Source: Octopus sinensis | Lineage: Eukaryota | DNA length: 64,000 nucleotides | Assembly (NCBI RefSeq): GCF_006345805.1 | Contig: NC_042999.1 | Location: 84,010,001 to 84,074,000, forward strand | Reading direction: 5' to 3' | In this document: positions 25,837 through 41,001 of the stretch, one piece after another | Layout of the letters: every line of letters begins with the position of its first letter | Numbering within the stretch: position 1 is the first letter of the stretch | Notes under the pieces: model-generated | The model's database searches: none | What the model was told of the DNA's origin: nothing | The model's input: only the letters and a program-made list of their open reading frames with translations | Program-made: the position numbers and the translations under genes

Positions 25837-26419
25837 ATATATATATAGTTGTGTTCATATAAAGAAACTTTAATCCATACTTACATTGAGGCGTGTATAT
25901 GTATTTGTGTGTTTGTATGTGTGTAGATACATAAATAGTCGATCAAATGTTAATAGATTTGGGAGTTTCATCTTATATGCCTTACAATCAGTACAACTTA
26001 ACATATAGAACATTAAAAATATCTTAAGTACATGTATTCTGTTATTATTTTACGTTAGGGATTTCTTATGTTATAAATAAGATCCCAAATCAGCGTCTGG
26101 TTTATACTTTTACATGAATAAAATGAAATATGATAACTGGACATATTTTAGTTATCACTGTAAATATTGTTCTTAATATCATTTAATATTGTGATAATTC
26201 AGCAATTTGCTGGAAGAAATGTTTCGAAATCTGTTAGATCAATATTAAAGAGGATACATAAATAGTCTAATAGTTCTTAATAGCTTGTCTTTATGCAAAT
26301 TTACCCCCGCTCTTTTATAAGTATTATCGTTGATGCTTAAACCAAACTTAATTCAAAGTTCTCATTATGATGAGAGAACGACAACTCATCGGATGGATAG
26401 TCAAGCACAATATATTGCG

Positions 26420-26680
26420 ATGTTTCACTACATATTCCAACACTATCACTGCTCTAACTTATTTGTATACCTGTTGTAGTTCCTTGCTTTAAGGGTGTCG
26501 CGAAAGGCTTGGTTGCAGGTCGAACCTTCCAAGTTCTTTTACAGAGCTTAGTAAAACTGAAGGACCGTTTCAATAAGTGTGTGAACCTGAGAGGGGAATA
26601 TATTGTATAAAATCATTATTAACTTATTCTCCTGTATTTTCTTTCACCCAAAGCCAGGAAATTTTCACCACATCCGCGTA
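26420..26680 (+). mobile_element. Mariner transposase 3' remnant with right end
   Basis: KAWLQVEPSKFFY...LKDRFNKCVNLRGEYIV* resembles the mariner C-terminus WLxxQPxxFF...LxxRWxKCxxxxGEY; ends in a TIR-like ...CATCCGCG-TA. Confidence 0.7.
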
Positions 26681-27214
26681 TATACATCGGGTTTTCTAAT
26701 AACTTTAATTGACTTAGAAATGGTTAAATATGTGTTAAATGTTATACAAATTAATATCCACAGTCCAGTCAGTATCTTATTGAGTGGTATATTGATTGGT
26801 GTTCCATTTTATTCTATTTCCAATAAGAATTCCTGACTCGCTATTGAGGAATTCCGTTTCACAGAACTAATTTCTCCTTGAAACATTTGGTGCTATGACT
26901 GATGATTTTTCGACCACTTTTATTCTTGGGTTCCTCTAACATGAAACAATATAATTTAATTTAACTAAATATATATGACTCATTTTAATTCTTAGCACCA
27001 GCTAACCAAATCAACAGGATATTAGATTACTATACAACGAGATAATGGTTTGTATTAAGACTTCTTTTTCGTTTTCGTCCAGTGTCCATAAAGAAATGTG
27101 TATTATGGTTAACGTAATCGGTTGTTGACTTCAAAACAATTTGAAGATATGTGCTTTTGTTAGTTCTAACCAGTAAATATCGCACATGTGTAACAAATAA
27201 TTAAAATTAATACT

Positions 27215-27390
27215 TAGAGGCATTTCGTCGGATTTACGTTCAGGGTCTGAGTTCAGATTCCGACGAGGTCGGATTTGCCATTTATCTTTCTGGTTCGATG
27301 AAATAAGTAAGCACTAGAATCGATACATTCAACTAGTCCCCTCCCCATAAACAAATAGAAATCAGGCTCTGTCCCTATAGTAGAAATTAT
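27215..27390 (+). mobile_element. Degraded SINE of the 25619 family
   Basis: GTTCAGATTCCGACGAGGTCGGATTTGCCATTT...TTCGATGAAATAAGTA aligns by eye to 25695-25755. Confidence 0.65.
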
Positions 27391-27395
27391 TAATA

Positions 27396-27398
27396 TTA

Positions 27399-27434
<36 letters not shown>

Positions 27435-27690
27435 TATTATTATTATTATTATTATTATTGAGTGAGAGAGCAGTGCATGCCATCAAAGTGACACTGGGGT
27501 AATATATACGAAGCCCAGTATACATGACTACGCATTTGATAAGGTTACACCAGTAACATGCATCATAACCATAAGTGCGCGACATGGTGATCTCATATTA
27601 AAATAAACAACACATGACCATGCAAGTGGGACCCAGTTAGAATTTTTTCAAGCTGAGTAGCCATTCCCGCTCAAAATCCCGCAATGTATA
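27396..27690 (-). mobile_element. 3' stub of a retroelement with (TAA)n tail (Dong/R4-like or dependent SINE)
   Basis: (TTA)n-GAGTGAGAGAGCAGTGCATGCCATCA...ACTGGGG; the same end recurs at 43980-44030. Confidence 0.6.
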
Positions 27691-27699
27691 GTAGTAGTA

Positions 27700-27734
<35 letters not shown>

Positions 27735-27796
27735 ACAGGAGCTGCATCAGCATCAGTAATGGTATCAGCAGCAGCAGCAGTAGTAGTAGTAGTAGC

Positions 27797-27843
<47 letters not shown>

Positions 27844-28389
27844 ATATGGATTTCAGCTTCAACCAGCGATTTTCTTTCGTTGTTGCTGACAGCTTTTGGA
27901 TTGTTACGTTCTCCCATAATTTTGCTGAAATTGGATATTATTTTACTTGTTTGTGTCATATAAAGCTATTTCAGAAGGAAAATTTGTTTTATTAAATTGA
28001 CTTTTTGACCGAGAACAGTGTTTATTGACATTTCAAAGTTTGTTTTGCTTCGACTTCATTCACAACGGCGTCGGGTCAGCAAAGACTACCGAAAAACAGA
28101 AAAAAATTCTTACGTTGCAAAGCAGAATAACACAAAAACACCTGCTTTGCAACACTTTTTTTGAAGCACATGTTTCAAAAATGGAAGGAAAAAAAAACTT
28201 GCATTTTCTAAGAAAAAGATATTTTCGACTGACTCGCTGAACTTGTTCAGAAACAGTAAGAAATAGCAAATTTGAATTGAAAAACCAACTACATTACTAT
28301 GCTCCAAAAATATATTTAGGTGTAGCAAAGAGAAAATTTCTTTCTTATTATGTTATGTAAGAAAAATTATCTTATTTTGTATCCTCAGA

Positions 28390-29700
28390 AGAGCAGCTAA
28401 GTGAGCCACTCTGAGATATTGGGACACGTGCCTTCCACATAGGGAAAAGCAAAAACCTGTGTTACAAGCTAAGCAACTTGCAGTAACAAAAAACGAGGCT
28501 TTGAGGCCGTGACAAACCTTACACTTATAACCACTAGTGCTGTATCTTAGTACTTGTAGCAGCACAGGAAGACTACTAGTGAAATGTCAGGTGCATATCA
28601 AGTGTCTTGAAATCCTGAATCGTAAAGAAGTATGGACGCATAGAAAGTAAATAAGTTACAAAAATGTGGTCGGAAATTATCACTATGAACTTACACGTTC
28701 TTGTGATCACACACGTTTGTAAGATATTTCAGCACCTACGCTCAGGAGTGGGGCTGAATTTAAAGTAATGTAAGTGACAGTGGAAGGAAGAATGCCGGCT
28801 TGTAGAATATCACGCAAGATCTTTCAGCTCTGAACAGCTGGGGAAGCGGCCAATGAATAAACAGTTTTCGGAGTCTACTACTTCATTTGCACTAACAGTC
28901 GAACCACCGGCTACAGGTAATGAGATCTAACAAATCCCGTTCACACTTGATTTCTGCGATCCCTTTCAGTTTTTTTTTATTTTTTGTAGAAATGATCACC
29001 TTGTCTTAAGTCACAAGCGATGGACATTACTGATGTTCCTCTCCAAGCAGCACCATACTTTCCACTCACATGGGCGCAATGGGTACGAAACGAAACCTGA
29101 GAGATCATATAGTATAATATGGACGCCAGCCTTCACAGAATGCTTCAATGAAATGGCAGACGACCTCTGAATTCTGGAAATAAAACAGTTTTGCAGTTAT
29201 TTGAATCCATGACAAAAGCCTGATTGAGTTATTGTTCAACCATGAGTTTACTTGGTGAATCAATATATTGATGGAAGAGAACTTAGTACAATATAATTTG
29301 AACACACATCAAACAGAATACTGATATAATATTGATCAAAACCACAAGAGAGTCTTTCGAAAAAAGAAAATATTACTTGTCAGAAAATGAAGGATTTTTC
29401 AAGTATATAATAATCCAAGAAATGATTACGGGTGACTTCGGTGAAACCCAGAGCGTATACAATGTCATGCGAACGACGAGATATTTTGAAGTTTCTAATT
29501 TGAGCTAATAGTGGGCTCCCAATAAAATTGCGATTTTTTCGTTTGGCACAATATCTTGGTAGAATTATATCTAGTGCGGACGATTTATTCAGCGTTTGAT
29601 TTACTTTACCTTTTGATATTGTTCTGCAAAAACTTCCATTAGATGATGTTTTCTACATGACTAATGTTTGTTTACAAAACTGGTTACTTATATTCCATTA
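28390..29700 (-). pseudogene. Decayed piggyBac-like transposase
   Basis: Minus-strand CKVC...CLACNTGFCFS (Cys-rich C-terminal domain), FRGRLPF and RKLFIHW resemble piggyBac motifs; many stops; no TIR found. Confidence 0.55.
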
Positions 29701-30233
29701 ATTCTCGATCTATTTTATTAAAAAAATCGTCAAGAAATTCTATTGAACGTTTTATTTATCTTTTGGATAAACTTCAATTAGATTGGATGTTAACCCCTCG
29801 ATATGTTTGGATTAGTATATTTTTTACAGCTGATTGCATATTTTTATAAGCATAGCAAGTTTGTTAGGTAGGTAAATAAATATAACTACACGGAAAACAA
29901 AAACAAATATGGAAAATATGAAATCAATTTCAGATAAATTCTTTTGTATTTTACGTAAATATATATATTTTGAGTTGAAATACAAGAGTTGAAATATTTT
30001 GAGTTGAAATACGTTGAAATACAAGAGCAATAAAAAGCAAACACGTAGATACATTTGTCTGAAGAAAAAAAAATATATATACTTATATATACAAACACAA
30101 ACACACATACACACAAATACATACATAAATGTATACATACATGCATGCAGGCATTCATACATACATACATACATACATACATACATACATGCATACATAC
30201 ATACATACATACATACATACATACATACATACA

Positions 30234-30264
<31 letters not shown>

Positions 30265-30876
30265 TTCAATCAAATATGATGGGGAGAAGCTGCGCAAAAC
30301 GAAATGAAATTTCTTTCTTCAACATTACTTGCTGTAAGAAATGTAAAAAGCATTATGTAGCAGATAAACATATATGAAACTGAGCCATGATATCAAAGAC
30401 TTCGCTTATTAGGTAAATCCGGTCTTCGTCTTCAGGGAGGGGAGATAAATATTTAACATTTCAAATCATATTGTAGGGAAATTCAAAGGTACATTTAAGT
30501 TTCACTGCATTAATAATCTACGTAATGTATATAAAATTTCAATACTGACTGTATATATCTGCGAACTACATATGCCAATATTATGAAATAAGTCCGAGTC
30601 CCCCAAAACAGTAGTCGGACCTGTAACACCATATCTACTCCCCTTAATTTCTTGTGTCTTCGTATTATCTGTACGTTTGCTCTGTTAATAACTATATATC
30701 TAAATAACTATATATCGTCTGATAATTCAGTTCATTTTTCTCATTATTTACATGTATACATGTATGTTTGTTTTGTATAGCTAACCCAAGCGGCATATTT
30801 TGTTTATCCGCATCATTAAATATATGTGTTTGTGAGAGAGGGTGTGTAAATATGTATACATCTATGCGCATGTAAA

Positions 30877-30907
<31 letters not shown>

Positions 30908-31659
30908 CGTGCGCGTGTGTATGAGTGTGTACATATACAAATATACGTGTGTGTGTGTGTGCGTGTGTACATATACATACATACGTTTGTACGTACAAAC
31001 ATACCTATCTCATAATCACAGACAAATACGCCTAATGATTTTGAAACATATGGACACTTAAAGGTCTCTCGTTCGTTCTTTGACGGCTTTCTGAGCGGAA
31101 GTAACAGTTGTAAATAGGAAAGAAAAGAATTTCTTTGAAATTCATGCGGACTTACATGAAAGGCAGTTCGACACAAATATATCTGATTACACAATATAAA
31201 TCTGGTAAAAAAAACGAAAGTTATTATGTCAATCAAGTGTAAGCTGGGGAACAATTTCCAAGTTTCTTTAAACGAATAACCTGAGAGAAAGATCACTCCT
31301 CATTCCGAGTCATTACATAATCTTTTAGGAGTATGATAATTTCTTATTATTTTCATACACAATATAATCACAGTTATGCAATCACATTAACTAATAAACG
31401 ACATATACACTTCTGAAATCCGGACGTAAGGTTTTGTCTGAAAAAACCTTGAGTTTTTATCACAGGTTAGCAATTTGTGCATGGTCGAAAATCTTAGCTT
31501 TTAGAAACAGTTCACGTCATCATATGATTCAAAGTTTCACGGGGAGTGAGAAGTTTCACTTGTTAAAGTGAAACATTGTCCATGTCACATGAAATCATAT
31601 GACTTGCTTAAACAGCAATTTCAAAGTTTAGTTGCGAAATGCGGCTTCTATTGTTCTGT

Positions 31660-31885
31660 CGGTATTCGATGTAGGAATGTCTTCCTACTTCTGCCACAAA
31701 GCAGAGAGTGAGAGAAAGTTGTGGTGAAAGAGTACAGCGGGGTTCAACTACACTCCACATCGGAGCTTCGTGGAGCATAGGTGTTTTTGCTCAATAAACA
31801 CTCACAAAGCCCGGTCTGGGAATCGAAACCGCGTTCTTACAACCGCGAGTCCGCTGCCCGAACCACTGGGCTATTGCGCTTCCAT
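31660..31885 (-). mobile_element. tRNA-derived SINE
   Basis: Minus: TGGAAGCGCAATAGCCCAGTGGTT (A box)...GGTTTCGATTCCCAGACCGGGC (B box). A head-only copy lies on + at ~10855-10885. Confidence 0.8.
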
Positions 31886-32349
31886 TGCCGCAGCTGCTGC
31901 CCTTGAACACGACTTTTTCTACCGTTCTTGTAACTCACTGCGTTTGAGTGTTCGCTCATGCTGCCACTATCGTGGTAGATTTTGTTGTTGTTGCTACCAT
32001 TGTTGTTGTGTTGCTGATATTGTTGCAGCCGTCTGTGAATTCACTGTATGTGTGTTTGTGTGTGTGTATATGGATTCGCTTACATTGTTGTTTGTACCCG
32101 AGCCCTTTATACAGTTTTTTTTGTCTCTATGTTTTTAATATTTGCCATAGTTATGTGCATAAATGTATATTGTATGTGTATTATGCTGTTTGCCTCTGGG
32201 CTTTTTCTCCCTTCAGTCTTTAGTCGTCATGCGGTATGGTGGTGAGTGTTATTGTTCCATTTCTGTTTTGTTTTCTGTTGCGGCTCGACCTGTCTATTGC
32301 TATGTGTTTAGCCTCTGTAATCTCTCTAAGTGTTTGGAACATCGTATCT

Positions 32350-33230
32350 AGTATACCACGTATGCTCGCAGACACCTGTCCGTGGTTCAGATAGGATAGT
32401 TTACCAGTGTGTACGGCAGTTGTTCCTCATGTCTTCTTCTGGTTGATAAATTTCTATGCGGGGATGGTCCCGAATGGACTAGCAGAATGTCGAAGCCTTC
32501 CTTGCGGAGGACCTTACTGGTGGCAAAGGTGGTCCTTTCGTGAAAATTGGAAATCATCGGGAACTAAGTGCTAGCGAGATTCTTCTTGCTATATTTATTT
32601 GGTCTGTATCCGTGTATGGTGCTTTTGACGGACGCTGGGTATCCGTTGATTCCAACAATATTGAGGAACTGTGCAACCTGTGTATCCCGCGTGGCGTTGT
32701 CAATGCATCAGTTGTGTATACGGCTAATCTCATTTAACAGCAGCCGATTTTAGCACTGATGATGAAAGCCGACTTGTAAGGGACGAAGAAGTTTCAGCAT
32801 GCTACCTTTCGGTAGAACACTGTGTAGAGCCTTCTCCTTTCTTTGATATAATACATGACTGAAGTGGAGGTGTAATCAACATAATCAGTAATATAAAAGT
32901 GAGCTTGGTATTTAGTTATGAGCGTACTGTAAGAGACGAAAAAATATTGCAGCCAGCATACTGGGAGCAAATGCAAACTGGGAGCATTTAAAGTTGCAAA
33001 AACGTGTTCGGCGGAAAGAAGTTATATTCTAACAAAGAGACCATGCAAGTGCTTGTTTATGTTGTACGGGAGGTGGGATAGATTACAGAAGATGAGAGCA
33101 GTTAGAGCACCAGCGGAATGGAAACGAATGTGGCGTTGAAGCAAAGTGAATTGTTCCTAGACAACATATTTGTCAATGTCAAAATTTGGCATAACGAGTA
33201 GTATTAGCGTTATTTGGTACGCCACAAATT
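32350..33230 (-). pseudogene. Old RTE-like LINE remnant (C-terminal region)
   Basis: Weak minus-strand resemblance to the RTE C-terminus (HERTTFATSKVLRKEG ~ WxDxITNxEVLxRA); heavily decayed. Confidence 0.35.
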
Positions 33231-33369
33231 TATCAAACCGTTTAACTCTAAATCGCTTTTCAAATGTAATAAAAACATTCTAAAATCTCATTTAGGTCCT
33301 ATTAATATTAATCTCTCATACTGTCTCTCATCCTCTGTGTGTGCTTATGCATGTATATATATATATATA

Positions 33370-33419
<50 letters not shown>

Positions 33420-33800
33420 ATGTGTGTGTGTGTGTGTGTATACAAGTGTGTGTTTGTATGTCCTTGTGAGAATAAATAAATGTATGCAGGTATCTATATA
33501 TATGCAAAAATGAATTCATGCAGGTATGTATGTATGTAGCATGTGTCATGGCCAACTAGCAAGTCAAATGAAGGCTGATCGTTTTTTCATCAGTTTCAAA
33601 ATTATATTAGTTAAGCTGCCTGGTATAATCTATCATATTTTACATCTGTTATTTATTTATATATTTTATTAATTCGTTTGACACGCACGCAAACAGTATC
33701 ATGCACATACACGCATACATGAACACACACATACACACATACATACATTCACACATACATACTCATGCATACGCATACACACATATATATTTGAGTACGT

Positions 33801-33844
<44 letters not shown>

Positions 33845-34820
33845 ACATATACAATATATTTACATATTATATATAATGTATATATATATAATAGAGTATA
33901 TATATATGTATATATATACATACTATATATTATGTGTGTATAAATGAATGTATACGTTAATATAAGCAAAGTCACTACATGCACACACCAAAAACTTTCT
34001 CACTCCTTCACCCTCTATTATTTTTAACTCTTTCATAAACATTTTTGTTTGTGCATTTAAATCGTCCTTTTTTTACATTCACCACTACTTTGTCTATCTT
34101 TCTCTCTCTCCCCCTCTTATTCTCAATGTCTCTCACTATCTCTCTCTCAATCTCTCTCAATCTCTCTTAATCTCCCTCTCTATCTTGTTACTATCTATCA
34201 TACATTTCATAACCTGCTCGATTTTACTGACTTCGAAGTTTCCTACATTCAGTAATCCATCAAGTTGTTGTAGACGTGTTTCTCTGCATCATGTGACAAG
34301 CTATGCATTTTGGGAGGCTATCCGACGCGTGACGCCATTATTCGTAAGACATCGAGTGTAAGAACATCAAGGACTGATATGAATTATGCATTATCCAATA
34401 TTTGTTGAGCATAAATCAGTTACGATTCTTTTCGGTTAACAATATAGAGTGTATCAATATGAGCAAAATTTGAGGCAGACAGAGTTGGAGGAAGAGACAG
34501 ACAGAGAGATGCAGAGAAATTGGGGGAGAAAGAGAGGAAGACAGATATAAAGATTATTTGCAGTATGCAAGTACAATGGCATAGATATATGTAAGCACGT
34601 ATAAATGAAGATATAGAGCTATGCATCTAAGAATGGCTGAAATAACAAAAATATAAATTTTATGGATACATGTATTCTACGTGTGTTAATCTAATTTATA
34701 CATCCGTGTATGTAGGTGTATATATATATATGGTATTCTACGTTTGTCATACCAAGCTATACATGCATGTATGTATATGTGTATGGATGGAGGTAAGTAT
34801 ATATATATGTGTGTGTATGT

Positions 34821-34875
<55 letters not shown>

Positions 34876-35402
34876 GTATCTATATAGTGTATATATATTT
34901 GTATGCATATATATATATACATAGTATCTATATAGTGTATATATATATATATTGTGTGCATATATATATATGTATATATAATACACACCCATATATACAC
35001 ATACACGTACATTTAGATATATAAGTAGATACATACATGCATACAAGCATGCATGCATGCATACATCCATCCATCCATCCATCCATCCATCCGTACATAC
35101 ATACATACCTACGTACGTACGTACGTACATACACACATGCACGATACCCCTGTAAGTATGTGGTATGGGTTTGCGAGTGTGCAACTGTGTTAGTATTTGT
35201 ACAGCTCGAAACCAGTTTTGACTTGCAACAATGCACTCCTGCACACAAGTGCGTGCACACTAAATCACATACAAATATATATGTATATTGATATATGTTC
35301 TAACGTTATACACATGGGAATGAAAATGCATTGTATGTATCATATATTCAAAGATCCATATTTATGAATATTTCTGCCTGTGTGTATATGTGTGTGTATG
35401 TA

Positions 35403-35496
<94 letters not shown>

Positions 35497-35568
35497 TGTG
35501 TGTGTGAGTGTGTATGTATATTTATATATATGCATATATCTTTATCTATCTATCTATTTATCTATCTA

Positions 35569-35609
<41 letters not shown>

Positions 35610-35882
35610 TATATATACATGTATATACATACAAAGGGAGAGAGGTGACAGGGCGGTGACAGAGAGAGGAGAGAGAGAGGGGAGAGAAAAGAGGAAGGAG
35701 GAAGGAGAAAGAAGTAGAGAAAGTTAGGAAATAGATTAGTATGTTTGTATAGGCAGCGTTACGAAGAAAATATGAGATGTGAAGAATATAAATCATGAAA
35801 TACTTTGTGTGCGCACAAACCCAAGCTTATACAGCCACACACACACATACACATGCACGCAGGCGCGCACGAACTCACACAT

Positions 35883-35923
<41 letters not shown>

Positions 35924-36301
35924 CTCCGTCTTTCTATTATATGCGCACGCAGACACACATACAAACACACACGCATAAATTCACACTGGCTCAAATAAGA
36001 ACGAATAACTATTCGGAGTGGATACGTTTGTATAGGAGCACATGTGGGTAAAGGTAGCTTCACACATATATTCACTCCCAAATACATATGCTATCATATA
36101 TCTGCCTATATACATACATGTAGAAGCACATGTGTCTATATATTTTCATTCACAATGCGGATCCATATACATTTAGATATATAGCGCATTAGCAAATGTG
36201 TGTGCAATGCACACGCATATAACTGCATCATACATGCTTGTTCATGCACGCATATATCAATAACTAAATTATATTATATATTATGTTTTATAAATATGCA
36301 C

Positions 36302-36382
<81 letters not shown>

Positions 36383-36862
36383 TCTAGCAGTGATCTATTT
36401 CTAGTTAGCAGGCTGTAAACTTCCAAAGATAATTTTTTCCCTTAACATTATATCACTGTCATCAGGTTTAGTTCATACTTTCAAATATTTATACAATGAT
36501 ATCACCGCCAAATTTTGGATATGAATACATATAAGCGTTCATATGCATTATATATTTGATGCAGATATGCAGATATATTCATATATGAATATGTCTAGAT
36601 GTATGTCAAAATCTATACAGAAACGCTGATTCTGTTGCTAATGTATATACGTGTGCATATGTATTTATGTTGCATTCAGATGTGTAGATATATTCATAGA
36701 TGGATATGAGCTGATATATGTAAAAATCTATACAGTTACAATTACATATACACGTGCAAACTCATATATGTTTGATGCAGTTGTATTGATATATTCCTAT
36801 ACGAATAAGATTTGGTATATGTCAAAATCTATACAGGGAAGATGCCAATTTTCGGTAGGTAT

Positions 36863-36956
<94 letters not shown>

Positions 36957-37099
36957 TACAGACAGACAGACACAGAAATGAAGAACTAAAAGAAGGAAAT
37001 CTAACAGAAAAGTGCATATAGTTAACAGTAGAGGTATGGTGAGATCAATACATGTGCGTTTTGTATTGTGATTTTTATCAAGATTTTTTTAAGCACCTC

Positions 37100-37520
37100 A
37101 CAAAATTCATGCCAGGTACTAATAAATTGACAATGCTTTCTTTGACTGAAAATAGTTTCAAAGATTTCTGAATATGTGAGTAAATGTGTGATTTGCGAAA
37201 TTTGTACGACTTCGCTAACCTCAATTTCTGGCCTCGTAAATTCCGCTATCGTAATCCCATAGTTTATTCTGTATGAGAGGCGATTTAAAAAGACACCCAC
37301 GTCTCAGACTGCAACATCACGACCGAACTGGTGGCCAAGATTAAGGAAGTGTTTGAAGAACTTTCCAAGGACACAGGAACGCATACATTAGCTTTTTGAG
37401 TAGCTTTGAGGAGCCATGATGGACGCTGAGAGCGACTACTGCCAGTAGACTGTTGTATCCTAGTCATAATCACGTTGATATAATTTTGAATATTTAAAAT
37501 ATTTTTACATTTTGATGGGA
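37100..37520 (+). pseudogene. Tc1/mariner (DD37D/maT-like) transposase C-terminal remnant
   Basis: WPRKFRYRNPIVYSV*EAI*KDTH...ELVAKIKEVFEELSKD resembles WPPxSPDxNPxDYxVW...LxAxIxxxF. Confidence 0.65.
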
Positions 37521-37670
37521 TATTGTTTGTTCTTTTCCTTTTATGCAAACTCATACGTGTACCTGAAGTCTGTAATTGCATTCTTTTAATTATACGTGTG
37601 TGTATTTACGTAGTTGTGTACGAGTGTGTGTGTGAGAGAGTGAGAGAGTTAGAGCCAGCAAGTGTGTGTA

Positions 37671-37703
<33 letters not shown>

Positions 37704-38399
37704 TTGTGTGTGTGTTAACCGCTCTACCTGATTGGAGGGAATGTACGATAGGTGTGATTGCTGAGCTTTTATGCCTCGGTAATTTGTATTCCACTATTTG
37801 TGTTTTATACCACATTAACCTTTAAAATAACCTAGAATCTAACTTTATTGAGTGTGATATCTATCATGTGTTTACCTTTTTTTTGTGAATTTTAAATCCA
37901 TAAGTTAAGTCCCATTTTGTTTCTATTTCCTTCGTTGACATCATTAATAGCAGTGGCAAGTTTAACCTCATTCATGCGAAACACAGTTTTTGAGTATCTG
38001 ATATATAGGTTAAATGCAGGAGACTAAATGCAGAGGGAAACCCTGTAGTACTTCTTGCAAGATCACATTCAATTTACATGAGTTTGGGTAGTTGCTGTAG
38101 TAAACGTATTTGATAGAAGGATTGTATCACTAGTGTGTATTTATGTAAATTTGGGAGAATTCTGTTCTCATCTAATAGAATAGCAATATCTCGGCGGAGT
38201 TTAATTCAAATTTATAGAGGCAAGTTAAATTGTTGTTACTGACCTTTATTGTGGTTCATAGAACAAGACTTAATTGAAATTTTAACAGCGAGCTTAGATT
38301 TTTCGGATTCATCATTGTTATGCTTCCAATGATAAATTTCTACACTACTAAGGTTAATCATTATTGTGTATGGGTGGAAATTTAGAATGGTTCTTCACC

Positions 38400-39800
38400 A
38401 TTAAATGAACAAAGAAGAGATATAGAATGGAACACAAAATGAAACCTATCAAAGTACACTTCAACGTGCATAACACACCGATACCTTTCATTACGAAAAT
38501 GATATCAATAACGGCAGCTAAATCATTCTAAATTTTGAATTTAACATAAAAACGTGCCTATCGCCCAAAATCCTTCTATCTTTTGAGAAAGACCGCTCAA
38601 AAGACATCAGATTCCAAAATAATACCAAAGCATTACAAAGAGAAGTGAATAACAAAATCAAAATGTTAGAAACGAACAAAAACATATATCTACAATCTCA
38701 TAAAACTAAAGCTCTCTAGGAACTCAAGAAAGTTCACCTAACTACCACTATTTCCATGCGATAAATTACTCGAATGTCACCAAAATCCACTAGCCACAAA
38801 TATAAATATAGACTACTGAATGGACGCTACAGTATCGAAATCTCACATTAAACCCTAAAAGACTACAATTAAAATTCATACGCCACCTATCAATTTTAGT
38901 GAATCTACACATGCAAGACATTAAAAAGGTTTGGGCCACCATCATACAGCAAAATTGAAAACAAAAACAAACCGTAGGAGAGCGCTGCAGTTCGATGAAG
39001 CTATTTATTATGATTCATTATCCAAATCTATCCAGAAAGGCTCAGGATTTTGAATAATATTCCAAGCAAGGAAAAAGCTAATCTACTACATACTAATGCT
39101 AACCGGAGGAAAAACAGTTATGAACCCTCAATGTAACTATAGGGTCCAATGTTTCCACAAATCTTAGTTACATAATCAGTCTTTCTATTCTGAACCCAAG
39201 CTAAAGAAAAATTCCCGGACGAGATAATTGGGCTGCACAGAGATGAGGGACCAACCCCCAGTCCACATAAATTATAGTATACTCAATAATTGTATAAACA
39301 AATTTCTAAACCAACCATGCAACAATTGGCCTAAAGAATACAACGTACACCCCAAGCATGACACCCTTATAAAAAAAACGTAGAAACATCGATATATCGT
39401 CCAATCCTTAAAGGAATTATGGTAAAACGAAACTAGTAATAAAATCTCAGGGAAATTATCAACGAAGATATATACAAAGTTGCAGCGCACGCCAACAACG
39501 ATGATCTTGCCAGATTCAGTTTTAAAAGAGAAGTATAATATACACCGGACAAACCACAAAGTCAAATCAACAAAATACATCGAAAAGGATAACCTCACTT
39601 TAAAATAGAATTAGGTTACCAAATTATAGTTCACCCGCATATGTAAGCATCTTGCGCTCACCCAAATAGATGCCACAAATGTCTTAATATAAAAAAAATC
39701 CAGTAACGTACGTTATTCCAGCACTAACAACATCCAGTAGATAATAACTGGCATAAGTAAATATAAACTCTACGCACGCAATTCTCTTAACTATTAATAC
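38400..39800 (+). pseudogene. Decayed Penelope-like RT
   Basis: ATTGGGCTGCACAGAGATGAGGGA = IGLHRDEG (~GLYRDDG) near 39226-39249, with weaker flanking PLE RT motifs. Confidence 0.55.
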
Positions 39801-39941
39801 ATATCACGAAGATGGAACGTGTCTGCAGAAATTCCTAGGTCTATTTCAACACTATCACAGATGTAATATATAGATTTACAAACCAAGATATACACACACA
39901 CTCATTTCATAACTCTAATCGAAGAAAGAGACCATGCTGTG

Positions 39942-40980
39942 ACAACAACAGGTGTCTTTCGATTAAGGACGAATTAATTTTAGCTGGCGTGTGTGGAAGC
40001 GAAGCCTTACATCAGGGACATAAGAGATGTCAGGCATAGGGATGGATATAGATTTTGCACGGATGGTAGTAGAACCAAGAAAGAATGGTCAGGGTTGGCC
40101 GTACACCGGTCACGTGGAGAGAGAAATGAGAGATAGAGGCAGAGTGATAGAAGAATTAGGGAGGGACGAGAAAAAAAGAAAAGAGACAGAGTGAAGTGAA
40201 ATAGGAGGAAAGGTGAGAATGAAGAGAAAGCCAGGAAATGTGAGAGAGGGGAAGCGAAATAAAGGAGAGGGGAGTGAACGAAGTGTGAAGGGGCTAATAG
40301 AAAGACGGAAAGAATGAAAAAATAATAGAGTCGTACAAAATTTAGATATATATATATATATGTGTGTGTGTTTACTTACATATAAGAGACCAAAGTGTAC
40401 TACGCCGCTATATTTATTTAAAAAGGTATACCAAAAATGAGACAAGAACGCAGAACATTCAGACAGATGATACAAAAAGGGACAACAAAACATCCAAACC
40501 GACGATACAAAAAAACAAGGACGGGTCATTCGGAGTTTTCTTTCCTCAGTCGATCGAGTTCCAGATTATATTTGCAATTTCTGCTGATTATACTCCAGAT
40601 TGCTCCAATCTGGCCAGCCCCAAGGAAAAAACTAAGCTAAGAGCACTAGATTCCTTGGAAGAAAGCAGCGAATGTATTGAGGTCGGAAAAACAGAGAAAT
40701 GGCAGACAAATACAAATGCAGATAAATAACATTAACAACAGGTGTCTTTCGACTAAGGACGAATTATATTAAGCTGGCGTGAGTGGAAGTGAAGACTTAC
40801 GGCAGGGACATAGATGATGACAGGTTTAGGGAGGAATATAGAACCAAGAAAAAAAGGTCAGGCTTGGCCGAACACCGGTCACGTGGAGAGAGAAGAGAGA
40901 GAAAGAGAGAGATAGCAACAGAGGGATAGAAGAATTAGGGAAGGACAAAAAAAGGAGGGACAGAGTGAAGTGAAATTACC
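39942..40980 (-). mobile_element. Non-coding partial-tandem element, same family as 4236-5350, period 790
   Basis: CAACAGGTGTCTTTCGA.TAAGGACGAATTA...ACACCGGTCACGTGGAGAGAGAA at 39945-40125 and 40735-40895. 40440-40710 is the reverse complement of ~4330-4600. Confidence 0.75.
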
Positions 40981-41001
40981 TAATGGTATATCTTTTGTAC
41001 C

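Noticed and set aside
26465-26555. Minus-strand peptide TCNQAFRDTLK resembling a GPCR helix 8
   Set aside because: The + strand is better explained as a mariner C-terminus.
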